A stretch of DNA of 63,899 bases, the filler included, from Cercozoa sp. M6MM (lineage: Eukaryota > Protista > Endomyxa: Ascetosporea), in the NCBI GenBank assembly GCA_040357565.1. It is 10 parts of 10 records of this genome, joined end to end, with 100 filler letters (N's around TTAATTAATTAA, not from the genome) between each part and the next. Parts side by side here need not be neighbours in the genome. Positions count along the whole stretch, not along the records: positions 1 to 6,717 come from JBDODJ010000703.1; positions 6,818 to 14,677 come from JBDODJ010000590.1; 8 more parts are not named here. One strand, given 5' to 3'. Position numbers and translations under genes: made by a program. Numbering within the stretch: position 1 is the stretch's first letter; every line of letters begins with the position of its first letter. Below, in pieces: positions 1 through 11,586 of the stretch. Under the pieces are notes generated by a model that was not told the origin of the DNA, made no database searches, and saw nothing but the letters and a program-made list of their open reading frames with translations.

Positions 1-50
1 TTTGCCCCCCTGTTTACCCCCCTGTTTACCCCCCTGTTTACCCCCCTCAG

Positions 51-1137
51 TTCGACGTGTTCGTGCCGGTGCCGCCGCTGTTGTTGCAGCAGCACGTGCC
101 GCGACTGAAGCAGCTGGTGCACGCCATCGGCGCTCGTGTGGCAGGCGAGTCGCCGGCGCAGCAGGAGGAGGAGGTATACCCCCCCCCCTATTTACCTCTC
201 TGTTTACCCCATTCCCCCCCTATTTACCCTCCTATTTATCACTCTGTTACCCTCTATCTACTTCGCTATTGATCACCTTATTTGCACCTCTATTTACCTC
301 CCTTTTACCCCCTATTTACCCCCCCCCCNNNNNNNNNNNNNNNNNNNNNNNNNNNNNNNNNNNNNNNNNNNNNNNNNNNNNNNNNNNNNNNNNNNNNNNN
401 NNNNNNNNNNNNNNNNNNNNNNNNNNNNCCCCCCCCCCATTTACTCCCAGCTGCGTCGGATTGCCGAGTTGTTCACGCGGCCACTGGGCATCAAGCGCGT
501 TCTCTCGGTGCTGGAACTGGCCATTGTGGAGGTACCCACCCTCTTTACCCCTTAATCCCCTTTACCCCCCCCCCCCTCCCTTCCCCCAGGGTCAGTCGCA
601 GGAAGGTCGTCAGGACAGTGTGCGTCTCGTGTCGCGACAGGCCGTGCTGCGCTCGCTGCGGTAAGACTACCCTACACCCCCTACACCCCCTGCTGTGTAT
701 ATATATATATATATATGTGTGTGTGCGTGTGTGTGTATGATAGGGACGCTGGCGTTGCCTTTACACTCCCGAACGCTGACGTCGCCTTTCAACCCCATGC
801 TGGTGTTGCCTTTCAGCCACCGGGCGCTGACATTGCCAATCAACTCGCGACTTCTGATTCTGAACTGAGTTACCTGCTTGAAACTGTATTCTATCTCATC
901 GAGTCATGTTATGTTTTGTTCGAGGCGTTCGTTTGTGTTTCATGTCAATTTGTCCAGGCAACCATGGTGAAAGATATGGCGATCGAAGTGCAAGAATCGG
1001 GACACATGGATGAAAAAACCGAAGAACGCTTCCGCGACTATGAAACCATGGTCAATTCGTGCATGTCGGAGCATCCCGCTCTTCTTTCTGTCGTTGCGAA
1101 CATTCGCAAGGCTTTTGCCAAGACACAAACGTCCTAA
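51..1137 (+). CDS. NSF: NSF/Sec18 vesicle-fusing ATPase, 3' part (spliced, 5'-partial), with apparent C-terminal extension
   Basis: Spliced GT-AG exons give FDVFVPVP...RPLGIKRVLSVLELA...LRSLRDAG, matching the NSF D2 C-terminus (IGIKKLLMLIEM). The last exon starts at 744. The true stop is uncertain; the ORF stays open to 1137. Confidence 0.65.
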
Positions 1138-1290
1138 CGAAATGAAGCATCGAGATCTCCAACTCGACCTCTCGATTGTACGGTAACGTGGGTATAAGGA
1201 AACCCCGTTTAGACCAGACCGTGTTTCGGTTTTCGGTAGTTATACTCACAGCCGAAGCTGTCTGTGATTATTTTCAACAGTCAACTCGGC

Positions 1291-1508
1291 TGTTTAGTTT
1301 ATTGAGGCTTCGAGTAAACCAACAACGGAGTTCCCCGGCACCAGTCTGGGTGGGTTGGGTTACACGAGCATGGCCGTGTAAACCACCCACTTAGGGTGGG
1401 ACGATACCCTTTTTACGTTCCCCAAGATACCGAAGTCGACTTACAAGTAGAGAGGCGTCGCAGGCGGCGTCGGTCGTCCCGTCGTCGTCCTCCCGTCTCT
1501 CCACTCGA
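1291..1508 (-). mobile_element. Short non-autonomous retroposon (SINE/LINE 3'-end-like), copy 1
   Basis: Colinear similarity with 46265-46510, e.g. GAGCATGGCCGTGT, ACCGAAGTCGACTT and TACAAGTAGAGAGGCGTCGCAGGC...CGTCTCTCCACTCGA. No TSD found for this copy. Confidence 0.7.
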
Positions 1509-1952
1509 CAATGAAGCAAGCAATCAGACATCGACTAGGGCCACCACTGCTATGAGTGGTGGCCTAGTCTAAAACATATGTCGAGGACCTCTCGGTCCAT
1601 TGCCTGCTGGGAGGCTGGTTGCCCTTCGACAGTTGCTTCCTCGTCCCAGGAGATCTTGGTGTCTTGGTGCATTCATCGCATCCGTTGTCTACCGATGCGA
1701 AGCCGACCCATCGTCCTCGCTTCTCTAGTCACGGCTCGGCGGATGATGCGGATTCGGGATCAATGGGGCACCGGTTGCAGACAGCTGTACTACTTCCTCC
1801 TACGGTACTGCGCACTGCTGCGTTTTGTTGTTGCACGTTGCATCGGTGGCACTTGCGACAATGTCTCGCCCCGAAGTGACAAGTTGGACCGATGCTGTGG
1901 AGCTGCTGGACGGCCAAGGTTTTACGTTTTTTCTTGATGCAACGATGAACCC

Positions 1953-2546
1953 ATGAGTGTGCTGGCGGAGATCAAGAACCTCATGGGAGTTGTGGGACGG
2001 GCGGAAAAGGCCAAAAACGCGATGAAAGAGGCCAAAAAAGACGCCGCAGACGCGGCGAAGAAGGCAGTCGAGGCGGCAAAGGCGACGAAGGAGTATACTG
2101 ACGCATTCATTTTTTGGGTCAAGGGGGTGCTGCCGACCGATGTTGACGTTTTCGCCGAGCTTTAGGCCATTGTCGGCCTGAACAACTCCGCTTGCATCGA
2201 TCGAGTGCTGCGAGATTATTCTCAAGCGCATTTACGAGTCGATCGGCAAGAAGCATCATACACTGAGACGGCCTCGAGGCACGGGGTAAGAGAGAGAGAG
2301 AGAATCAGGTACCCGCAAGTTTCGCTAATTTTGAACGGGAGTTGCATCGCTTTATGCGTAGTCCGAGGAGCAAATGCTGCAATCGAACTGGCCAAACCCG
2401 GAGATACTTTCAATTTAATTTTGTTTTTTCACGAATTTAGGACATCGAACTGCAATGAGGCGGTAATGGTCTCAAAGCTGCTACCCAAGTTCGGGGTCAG
2501 TGACCAAGTCTTTATCATTCAACAGAGTAAAGGCAGCTATGCTTGA
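1953..2546 (+). CDS. Hypothetical Ala/Lys-rich helical protein (probably spliced)
   Basis: ATG ORF with AKKDAADAAKKAVEAAKA. A same-frame ORF continues past TAG 2163-2165, which sits in a TTTAG acceptor-like context. Confidence 0.3.
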
Positions 2547-2703
2547 AAAGAAGCTTGGGTGCTGTCGATATCACCGTACAGTGTTTTCTGCATGCAATGC
2601 GTGTGTGCGCGTGATATTGGTATCCCAAACTACAGTGTTTCTGTGCCAGTACTAGTGTACGCTACACAGAACTGAAACGTAATGAAGTGGTCGTGACTTG
2701 AAC

Positions 2704-4224
2704 TCAAAATGACATCGATATTGTCGACATCTTCTCTTCGAGTTCTTCCAAGAAGTGCTCGGTGCGCTGCAGTTGCACTGCTGGATCGCTTTCTTCGGTT
2801 CTAGACGGTACGGCTCGCTGATTTACCGGCGAGTTGAGAGGCGTCGGTGATTTCACTTTACCCACGTCAACCTCTTGGTCGTGATCGACACTCACGAGGT
2901 CGGCATCTCCAAAGGCACGCTCAAGAAGTGGCATTTCTGCAAGAAGTCTCACTCAGGATGCAAACTATCTGAAAGCGCATTTTGCTACATACCATCGGTA
3001 TCGGGAACAAAAGTATCGCTTTTCGCACTGGTGTTGGTAGTGACCACCTCGATTCCAGTCGGTTCATAGTTCACGTCGTCGATCGTGAGAGGCTCGTATT
3101 TCGTTCTTCCGCGCGTATACTCAGTCGGCGCTCTTTCTTTCGACCGTTCAGCAGCGACAAGATCCTCGGGAACAGAGTCAAAACACTCACTGTCGCACTT
3201 GAGTGCAGAGTCCTGTGTGTCGTTGCTTTCAACATTATCGTCAATGCTATCAGATTCAAAGTCCGGTGCAGTTCCACCGACTGCTGCCTTACCGACCAAG
3301 CCACTGCGTTGACGACGTTCACGAATCGCGCGCAGACGAGCGCGGTAGCGTTCGCGTGCTGCAATTTTCTCATCGCGCGACATGCCTTGCTCAGCAGCGA
3401 TCTTAGTTCGCTCTTGTTGCTCTGCCTCGCGGCCACCTCGCTGCCACGCCTGCAGGAGCCGCCGCTCGTTCGCGAACACGGGTCGTTCGTCAATGTAGCA
3501 CAGTGTCGGGATCTGCAGTACAGCTTGACGACGAAAGAAGTCTACTCGATCGACGATTGGGTTACCCTTGATGTACAGAGTGCGAAGGTTCGGCAGGTGT
3601 ACCAGCACCTCGCTCAAGACGCGCTCGTCGTCGATGAGGTTGTGTGACAAATCAAGTGTCGTCAAGCTCGGACACTCGAGCAGGCCATGCACGTCTTCGA
3701 GAGTACGCAGCTTGTTATGCGACAGATCAAGCGATGACAGCGACTTGAGCGTGCCGAGGTTTTCAACCCGCGAGATCTCGTTGTGTGCCAGGTTGAGCAC
3801 CACAAGTTGCGTGTTGTGTTGCACACCACTGAGCTGCCGGATCGCATTACCCTGCAAGAACAACGAACGAAGGTGCACAAGGTGGTCAATATTCTCGATG
3901 CACGAGATGCAGTTTGACGCCAAAAATAGCGAGCGCAGGTTCACGTACTCATCAAGATTCTGTCGACATCAGAAACATGAAACGCAGAAAAAGAAAAAAG
4001 CAATAAAAAAGCACCTCAATTTTCTCGAACGAGCGACCATGCAGGAAAAGCTGATCGTTTAGACTCGGCGTGGAGTAGCCTTCCTCTGCGAGCGCTGCTT
4101 TGCGAAGCTCCTGTTTGCTCATGCGTAGTGTCGAAAACAGACTAGACTCAGTTCCAAGCGAACTCGCGCTTTCGACCGGCTTCGATTTGGTCGCGACATC
4201 AGGCTGAGTGCTTTCTCCAATCAT
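2704..4224 (-). CDS. DNAAF1: Dynein axonemal assembly factor 1 (LRRC50/ODA7), LRR protein
   Basis: YSTPSLNDQLFLHGRSFEKIE|NLDEYVNLRSLFL, SDS22-type LRRs, and LRRcap LCYIDERPVFANERRLLQAWQRGGREAE. Two ~55-nt GT-AG introns. Confidence 0.9.
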
Positions 4225-4565
4225 GCCCTGAATGAGTAGCTTGCAATATGAGACGCTCTTTCGCAGCTAGTTCCAATGGTGAGTGCAAACTCTACTGTTT
4301 CAGCTAAATTCGCATTGATTTATTCGTCCGCGCGGATTTTGGAAATGCAAACGAAAACGACGGAAACTGACCCCGGCCCGTTCGGATGCATTCGATTCTT
4401 TGATAGACATATCCATCTATATATCATCAATAATTCGGCACGAATCACACTCGATAGCGTTGATATAGCGCGATCGCGTGCCGTGGCGGCGACGGACGAC
4501 GTCAGTTAATAGTTCGACGTGGTGAGATTTCGCGTCAGGTGACGCAAGCGCAGTGGCTACTCCAA

Positions 4566-6690
4566 TCAGATAGCCTGCGGCAGCGATTGCACCTGAGCGC
4601 GCAAGTGGCGCATCCTGCCAGCCAAAGGAGGGACAAACAATAGAGCATTCAGACACCGAAGTGTGAGTGTGACTGTACCAGTAGTCACGCACGTCGCGAC
4701 TCTCGGCCTGCAGGGCCAGCACGCTGTCGCCCGTGACGACGGAGAAGCACAGGTCCTCGGGCACATCGGCGGCACTCTTGCGCAGCAGTGGCGCCGTCTG
4801 CTTGCCCGGCAGGATCTGCACAAACACAAATAATATATAGACATATAATATATACATACATACATATATAGACATTAATATACAAAATATATAATAGACA
4901 AAGCTACCTTGGTGTGCGAGTCGCACTCTAGGAACTGCGGCTTCTGCTTGGTGCGGCCCTATCCATACACAAAACGACCTGCACATTACCTTAAAAAGGG
5001 TACACAACCCACCTTTATGGTGAGACGGCCCAAGAGTCGACCACTGCCCATGTTGGTACCTGCAGACACCCATCATACTATATGCACATAGGCATCCATC
5101 AGAGGAAACACAGCTACCCGGAGCACTCCAGGACAGCATGAAGGACTCGCTGCCCGGCAGCAGACGAATTGTGCGCGTGCGCGTGGGTCCGCTCTGTGCA
5201 CACACATCCATATACCCCCATGAATAAACAAATACATAACACATAAAACTATGGTATGTGTGGAGTACCTTGCCATGCTTCAAGAAGCGAACGCCACTCA
5301 GCGACTGCGCCTCAAAGTCGGCCTGTATGTGATAGGGTAAAGCGGTAAGGTAGGGGAGAGAGGTAAAGACACAACTGACCACACTGCTCCGTCGCGCGAG
5401 AGAGACGGAGCGCAGCAAGTGACCGGCGTCGAGACTCAACTGCTTGGCCGCCTCGGCTGCTTCTTCGGCCTGGGGACGGGGGGGGGGGGTATAGATAGTG
5501 ATATATATATATATAAATATGAGAGTGGAAGAACACACCTTGACAGCGTCAGACGATGCTTCGGCAGCGCACTCCGAGATGCTCTACTCCAAAGGGATTA
5601 GGGGACAAAGAGGTGAGGAGTAGGGGTGAGTAGTACCATAGTGTCAGCAGCAATTCGCGTCACCGTGGCACCTACAAAATTGCAATCATAACCCCTCTCA
5701 TTCTATATCTCCCCAGACTGATAAACGTACTCTCAGCCACGGTTGACTTGCGACGCTTGCGAGTCTACCAAAGGGGAGGAGTAAGCAGAGGGTAGGTGAG
5801 GGGGGAAGTAATACAGGCACAGGCACAGGCGAGTCGGACTCGTCCAGTTGCACCTGCGAGGGGGGGGGGGGGGGAAAAGCCACAACATGCGTGTAATGGA
5901 CAAGTCTACCTGTTCTTCCTCCTTCTCAAGTTCGGCAGCCTCGACCAGCGGTGCCTGTTATATACATTAAGTGTAGATCTATACATCTATCTAATATTTA
6001 TATACGTATACGTATACATATATAAAGATATGGTAAACGGTACAGCAATCCCGCTGGCATCAAGGCGAGCTGCATCGGCCACTGCGTTCTGCCAGAGGTG
6101 CAGCACACATCACAAGGGGATGAGAGGGGGAGGGTGAGTACAAGTACCAGCAACTTGAGCGAGCGTCGGCGCGTGGCACGAGCTGCCTTGTGCACCGTGT
6201 CGGCACTGCTGGTCTCTACTGACATACCATACACATACCATAACATACATTGTATTGTATAAACACATGTATCTACCAGTTTCCTCGGTCTGCGCAGTGT
6301 CGCGCAGCTTCTGTGCCTGAGGGGGGGGGGTAAAGTACGGGGTAGGGTTAGGGAATAAGAGTACCTCCAGACCGTCAGCAGCATCGGCAGTGAGCGCAAT
6401 GGCGCGACAGGCGACAACGACGAGTTCGCCCGCCAGTGCCGTGCACTCAGCCGCACGCTCCTACGGCAGGGAAGGGGAGGGGGTGAAGAGGGAGGTGGGA
6501 GTGAATGCAAGTACCTGAGCAACGTTGGCAGCCTCACGCGACCGCGCCGACAAATCGCTTGCCAGTCGCGTTCGCGTGGCATCTAGAGCGAGGGAGTAAA
6601 CTGGGAAGGGGTAGAGGGGGTAAAGCTACCAGGGTCATCGCAAGAGCGAAGTGCATGCGCTGCATTGCGTTGGGCATCGCTCTACATAGA
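4566..6690 (-). CDS. Coiled-coil protein with C-terminal PLC/Mcp5-type PH domain (5'-partial, many exons)
   Basis: Exons give GVRFLKHGK...ILPGKQTAPLLR...DLCFSVVTGDSVLALQAESRDVRDYW|MRHL, a typical PH beta-strand/W-helix pattern. Confidence 0.7.
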
Positions 6691-6761
6691 CATTAGGGAT
6701 TAGGGGCCGGGGGGGGGNNNNNNNNNNNNNNNNNNNNNNNNNNNNNNNNNNNNNNNNNNNN

Positions 6762-6773
6762 TTAATTAATTAA
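6762..6773. other. Artificial contig linker TTAATTAATTAA inside an N run (also at 14722, 18476, 25319, 31640, 35420, 37172, 39066, 53788)
   Basis: Identical six-frame-stop 12-mer flanked by equal N runs at nine positions. Confidence 0.97.
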
Positions 6774-6817
6774 NNNNNNNNNNNNNNNNNNNNNNNNNNN
6801 NNNNNNNNNNNNNNNNN

Positions 6818-6864
<47 letters not shown>

Positions 6865-6865
<1 letters not shown>

Positions 6866-7566
6866 GCCTTGAAGTTCTGGTTACCAGGGCGACCAGCCGG
6901 CGGACCGGGACGGCCGGCAGGCGGACCCGGACGGCTCTGAGCGGCAGGGCCTGCGCAAGGTGAGAGCAGATCAAAACCACAGCGCATAGGCATGTGTGAG
7001 GACAGAGGTGTGCGTACTGGGACGGGCCGGCGCCGGACGCGAGCTGCCGCCGTGCATGGCGTTGAGACGCGCCTTCATCTGATCCATCATGCTGCCACCG
7101 CCCGAAGCCGGTGCCGCAGCGGCCGGCGCACGCTCCTTGGTCGGAGCCACCTTCTTGAGCGAGTTGCCCTTGCGGATGGCGGCCAGCAAGTCACCGCGGC
7201 CACCGCCGGCGCCACCGAACGGCGACGGACGGGCCGGTCGCGGCGGGCCCGGGGCGGGCTGACCACAAGCACAGTCACACGTACACACAAAAGAACACAC
7301 ACACACACACAGACACAGCCCAAAAGGAAGCATACAGCGCGAGCCGGAGGCGGAGCACGCGCCGCAGGTGCCGGCGCCGGCGGCACGATCTCCTTCCTCA
7401 CGTTGGCTGGCAGGTCGGCAATCTTGGTCCACTGGCCGACCGTGGTGCCATTCCACACCATGTTCGTGTCCGAGATGGTGCGCGCGCCGTAGAGCTTCTG
7501 CAGCTCGGGCGCCTTCACCGGGCCCTTGGTCTGGTTGGCCGCATCGAGGTAGTACCAGTCGGCCAT
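6865..7566 (-). CDS. GYF_2 (DUF4339)-proline-rich-WH2 actin-binding protein (3'-partial)
   Basis: N-terminal MADWYYLDAANQTKGPV...ISDTNMVW...QWTKIADLP (GYF_2), then GRGDLLAAIRKGNSLKKV (WH2) and GGSMMDQMKARL. Confidence 0.8.
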
Positions 7567-8280
7567 TTGTGCGTGTCACTGGGAAAAATGTGTGTGTGTG
7601 TGTGTAATCTAACAATAGAGGGAACGTCGGAGCGAAGCGAGTCTGTGCAGGCACACACCAAACACATCTCTCACTTGAGCGACAAAGCACAACACAGAAT
7701 CGAGAACCACACAACCACATCACATCAGCCAAGCCAGCAAACTGTAATAGCACAGCAAGTTGCATACACGGAAAACACACGCAAGCTAGGACGACTCAAC
7801 CAGACCCAGAGACACAATAAACTCGTAAAAACTGGAAACGGTCACGCGCTGACCACCGGGTCCAACAGACGGGTAAAAACGCAATGGCAGCAGCACTTAG
7901 TTGACTTCAGGACCCCGGACATGCGGCCAGCACTCAGGCCAGCCGTAAAAACACTCCGACGGCCACAAAAAACTCCCATCAGCACAGAGTCACAAAGAAC
8001 AATTGCAAAACCGAGCCGGGCCAAAAGCAGAGCTATAGTTTGCACACTCACCCCGTTGACTAAATGACAGAGTGTGAGACGCGACAAGAAGTTCAAGGCA
8101 GTGGAGCTCCCTTAAAGCACACCGTCCGTTTGTACAGAACAAAAAAACCTATACACCAGTGCTTCACGCCTCACTGCTTGTCGTTGAGGCGTCCACTTCC
8201 ATTTCCACAACCGAGGGTAGTTTTGTTTGCGTATAGCGAATCAAAACCAACACTGTCAAATATCTTGCCGCAGAAGAGAA

Positions 8281-8716
8281 ATGGAGGTCACCGATGCCTT
8301 CTTCGTGCAGGCGGCGCAGCAGCAAAACGCGCGGGCACTGAGCGCAAGCAAGCTGCTGGCAGCCATGGCATTTGGCTGCCTGGCCGGCATTCTCGGCCTG
8401 CAGGTATTGGCGCCTTTTCGACATTGCCCCCGTGCTGATGGAAGTATCCTGGCTGCTCAATAGTCGCTCTACGGGGTGCTGTTTTTCTTGTCGGCGCAAG
8501 TCGCGCAACTGACCGCTGTGGTGCTGCTTGACCGACGGTGTCTGCGCAAGCTCGAGTCACCGGTGCGCACGATCGCGACGACTGGTCTCTTTGAGGCCGT
8601 CTGTGTACCACACTCCTCACTTTCCTGTCCTTCTCACGACGCAACATCCATCCCTCGCACAGGCATACCTGCTCTTCTGGACATTGTTCTATAACCTCGT
8701 CTTCATCTACGCGTAA
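8281..8716 (+). CDS. EMC6: ER membrane protein complex subunit 6
   Basis: Three exons: AMAFGCLAGILGLQ|SLYGVLFF...GLFEAVC|AYLLFWTLFYNLVFIYA*, matching the EMC6 C-terminus (YVLFWTFLYGMVHVY). Confidence 0.85.
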
Positions 8717-9034
8717 ACGACGAACCTGAAAAGAAAACAAAAACTGCAGCAGTGTACGTAAATAGAACCACGTAAAGCGAGATTATTTCTATTTTTTTTG
8801 CGTCTGGTGGGAACTACCCGCAATTTTACTAGCACTAGTACTAACACGACCCTGCCCGGGTAAGACTGCGCCAGTTATTTCATTAAAATTCCGTCCGTTT
8901 CAAGCCTCCACTTCGCTTCAACTTGCGTTGAACGTCTGGGACGAATACAACGTCACCGGCGCACCCCGACCAGGCGAGTGATGTCAGCGTTAAAACACCC
9001 CGTCTAGTTTGTGTACACGACGCGCGGTAGTTAT

Positions 9035-9380
9035 TTAACCGCTGGAAGCTGCAAGCTCCTGCCGACGCGCCTCCCGAGTGTGCGCCTCGTACCACTCGCG
9101 CGGGAATTCGGCTTGGTCGCGCAGCTCTGCAGCCAGTCCACTCATACGTACACATTTACCACAAGTATGACAGTGACTAACCATAGTTGAACGGTGGGTA
9201 CAGGTAGCCTTGGAAGCGCGTTCGGACCTTTTACATGTATGGATTATGTGTGTGCGTGTGTGTGCGTGTGTGTGTGTACCTGCTCATCGAACAGCTCACG
9301 CGGATCGGCGTCGGTCTGCGCGGCAACGTACTTGAGCCACTTGACGCCCTTGCGTACCTGTGGTAGGTGTGTGTGTGTTA

Positions 9381-9430
<50 letters not shown>

Positions 9431-9440
9431 NNNNNNNNNN

Positions 9441-9488
<48 letters not shown>

Positions 9489-10769
9489 TGACAGAGGCAG
9501 AGACACGCCTGTTCCACAGCGAGAGGTACGTGGTGAACTTCGTCGGCAACGATTTCCGTCAGCGACTCGACGCTGCGCACGTCGTTTGCTTGCTGCACTG
9601 ACACGTGACATTGAGGGAGAGCAAGGTCTGAACAGGAGTGCACCTTAAAGTTCTTCATGGTCTGAGGGGCACGATCGAGGCCACGACCTTCGTGCACCAT
9701 CTAAAAGTACAACAGTATCAACAGTATACAGGAAGACAAAGTTGACAGAAAGACAATAGAGTACGTGAACAATGGCCATGCGGGCAACAATGTCCTAAGG
9801 AATCTGGAGTAACAAGGAGGGCCAAAAGTGAGAAGAAGGGTGGCTACATCATTGGTCGTGGTCGCTGACTGCCAAAGACCTGCTAGTGTCCATACCCGTG
9901 CACAGTTCATATAGATAACCAAAACACGTAGCACACGTACCATCGTGGCCAGGCAGGGCGCCGTAACTGCTGCCGAGTTCGAGCAGACGATCGCGCCACA
10001 AGCAGAAGTGTCTGAGTCCCCATGCACACAAAGCATATACTCTGCATGCATTATATCTTACGCACACGCACACACAGGGTATGCATTACCTAGCCTCATC
10101 GGCAGCTGCACGCAGCCAATCCTCAAAATACTCGTTCGGCAAACGCACTTGTCGCGTCTTCTGTCTCACCAGCCACTCATGTTGCATCCACCGGGGGGGG
10201 GGGCAGGCAGGGTATCAGAGGAAGTCAAGCCCAGCGGTACCTCATCACAATGTGCGAAACGCAGCAGCGCGTCCAGGCACAAGTCGATGGCGTAGGACTC
10301 GATGTGGCACAACGAGTGAATCAGCGCGATGCGGTTTTTCTCGGACTGCCCGCGACCACGGCGCGGCATCTCGCGTGCTGGAAGGATCTGCACTGTTTAA
10401 CCGCACACAGACGCATAGTCAAACGCACTCAGTCTCTAAAAACTGCAGACACACACACCATTTTCGGGACGTGCGGGCGTTTCTGGTGCTTCGGGTGCCT
10501 AAGCGCAAGAGCAAGGGTGAAAAGAACAATCGTACACTGGCACAGGTACAACGCACCTGCTCAGGATCGCCGAATGTTGCTTCGCCGCTCTCAAATTTCG
10601 CTAGGGCTTTAAGCGTAAGTTCGGCTACAACGACATACGTAGGATGTGACGCAAAAACGTCCAAACGGATTTGGGAGAACAAGAAAATTATTGCAGTGCG
10701 AATTGTACCCTTGAGATCGGCATCCGAAGTGGACAGCACCTCGTGTACCAGCTCAAACACAGTTGGCAT
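9035..10769 (-). CDS. DUF455 ferritin-like protein
   Basis: ALIHSLCHIESYAIDL, DEARHF, SSYGALPGHD|GLWQSA, MVHEGRGLD, ADEVHHV, PPFNYELRDQAEFPREWY. Confidence 0.88.
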
Positions 10770-10962
10770 GCGCGATCTCTGCTGTCTGCGCTTACAGTAC
10801 AGTGCGCTGATGTTGTTTGATTGTTTTTGTTTGTTGTTGCGGGTATCCACTCTTTCGTAGCTGCCGACGTTTAGTGGTTTTAGCTACTTAATTGGACCCA
10901 ACAATGCTTTTCGTGTACGTAACTGGAGCGGCAATGTACTTGTACTCACTGTCGCCGAAAAG

Positions 10963-11533
10963 TCACTCGTCGTGCAGCTCAACGGCACGGGCGAGTGCGG
11001 CCTCAGCCACCAAAGCGAGTATCGGGCCCGTCAGGTACCCAATCGTGGCGAAAATCGACGCTGCAAACCCATAGATCGCTAACGCAACAACTTCTGACAT
11101 TTGCGTATGGGCGCACACATACCCAGACCAAGTGCGGCCTCTGCTCGCCGACCATCCGCTGCCGTGCGTTTCTGTCGGCAAGCAACTTTTGTTTATTCTG
11201 CACTGTCCAGTCTTGAATATGTAGGTGTACTTTCATGAGAGCAAAGGCGTTGCTGTAGATGGCGCCGTGCAGCGTGCCCACACATCCGTGCAGCAGCAAT
11301 GCCACCCATATTGTCCGCAGGGGTGTCAAGAACACGGCCAGGGCACTACATTATTCATACTGTATCTACTGTTCTGTGTATGTATTTATACATGGATGTG
11401 TATATTTATTATATAAATAAATATATCTTACCACATGGAGACGCAGGCGATCTGCAAGATGGGTAGCGGTAACACAGTCGGCATGACGTAGAGCAGGACA
11501 CTCGCACTGCAAGATTGGGTGTTCTCACAAAGC

Positions 11534-11586
<53 letters not shown>

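Noticed and set aside
1365-1383. Similarity to the 5S rRNA 5' end on the minus strand (TACACGGCCAT)
   Set aside because: The match does not extend and there are no A/C boxes; it is part of the retroposon.
2163-2165. In-frame TAG between two same-frame ORFs, suggesting stop-codon reassignment
   Set aside because: TAG ends SERINC, TIM22 and CPSF2 at the expected positions. This TTTAG is more likely a splice acceptor or a true stop.
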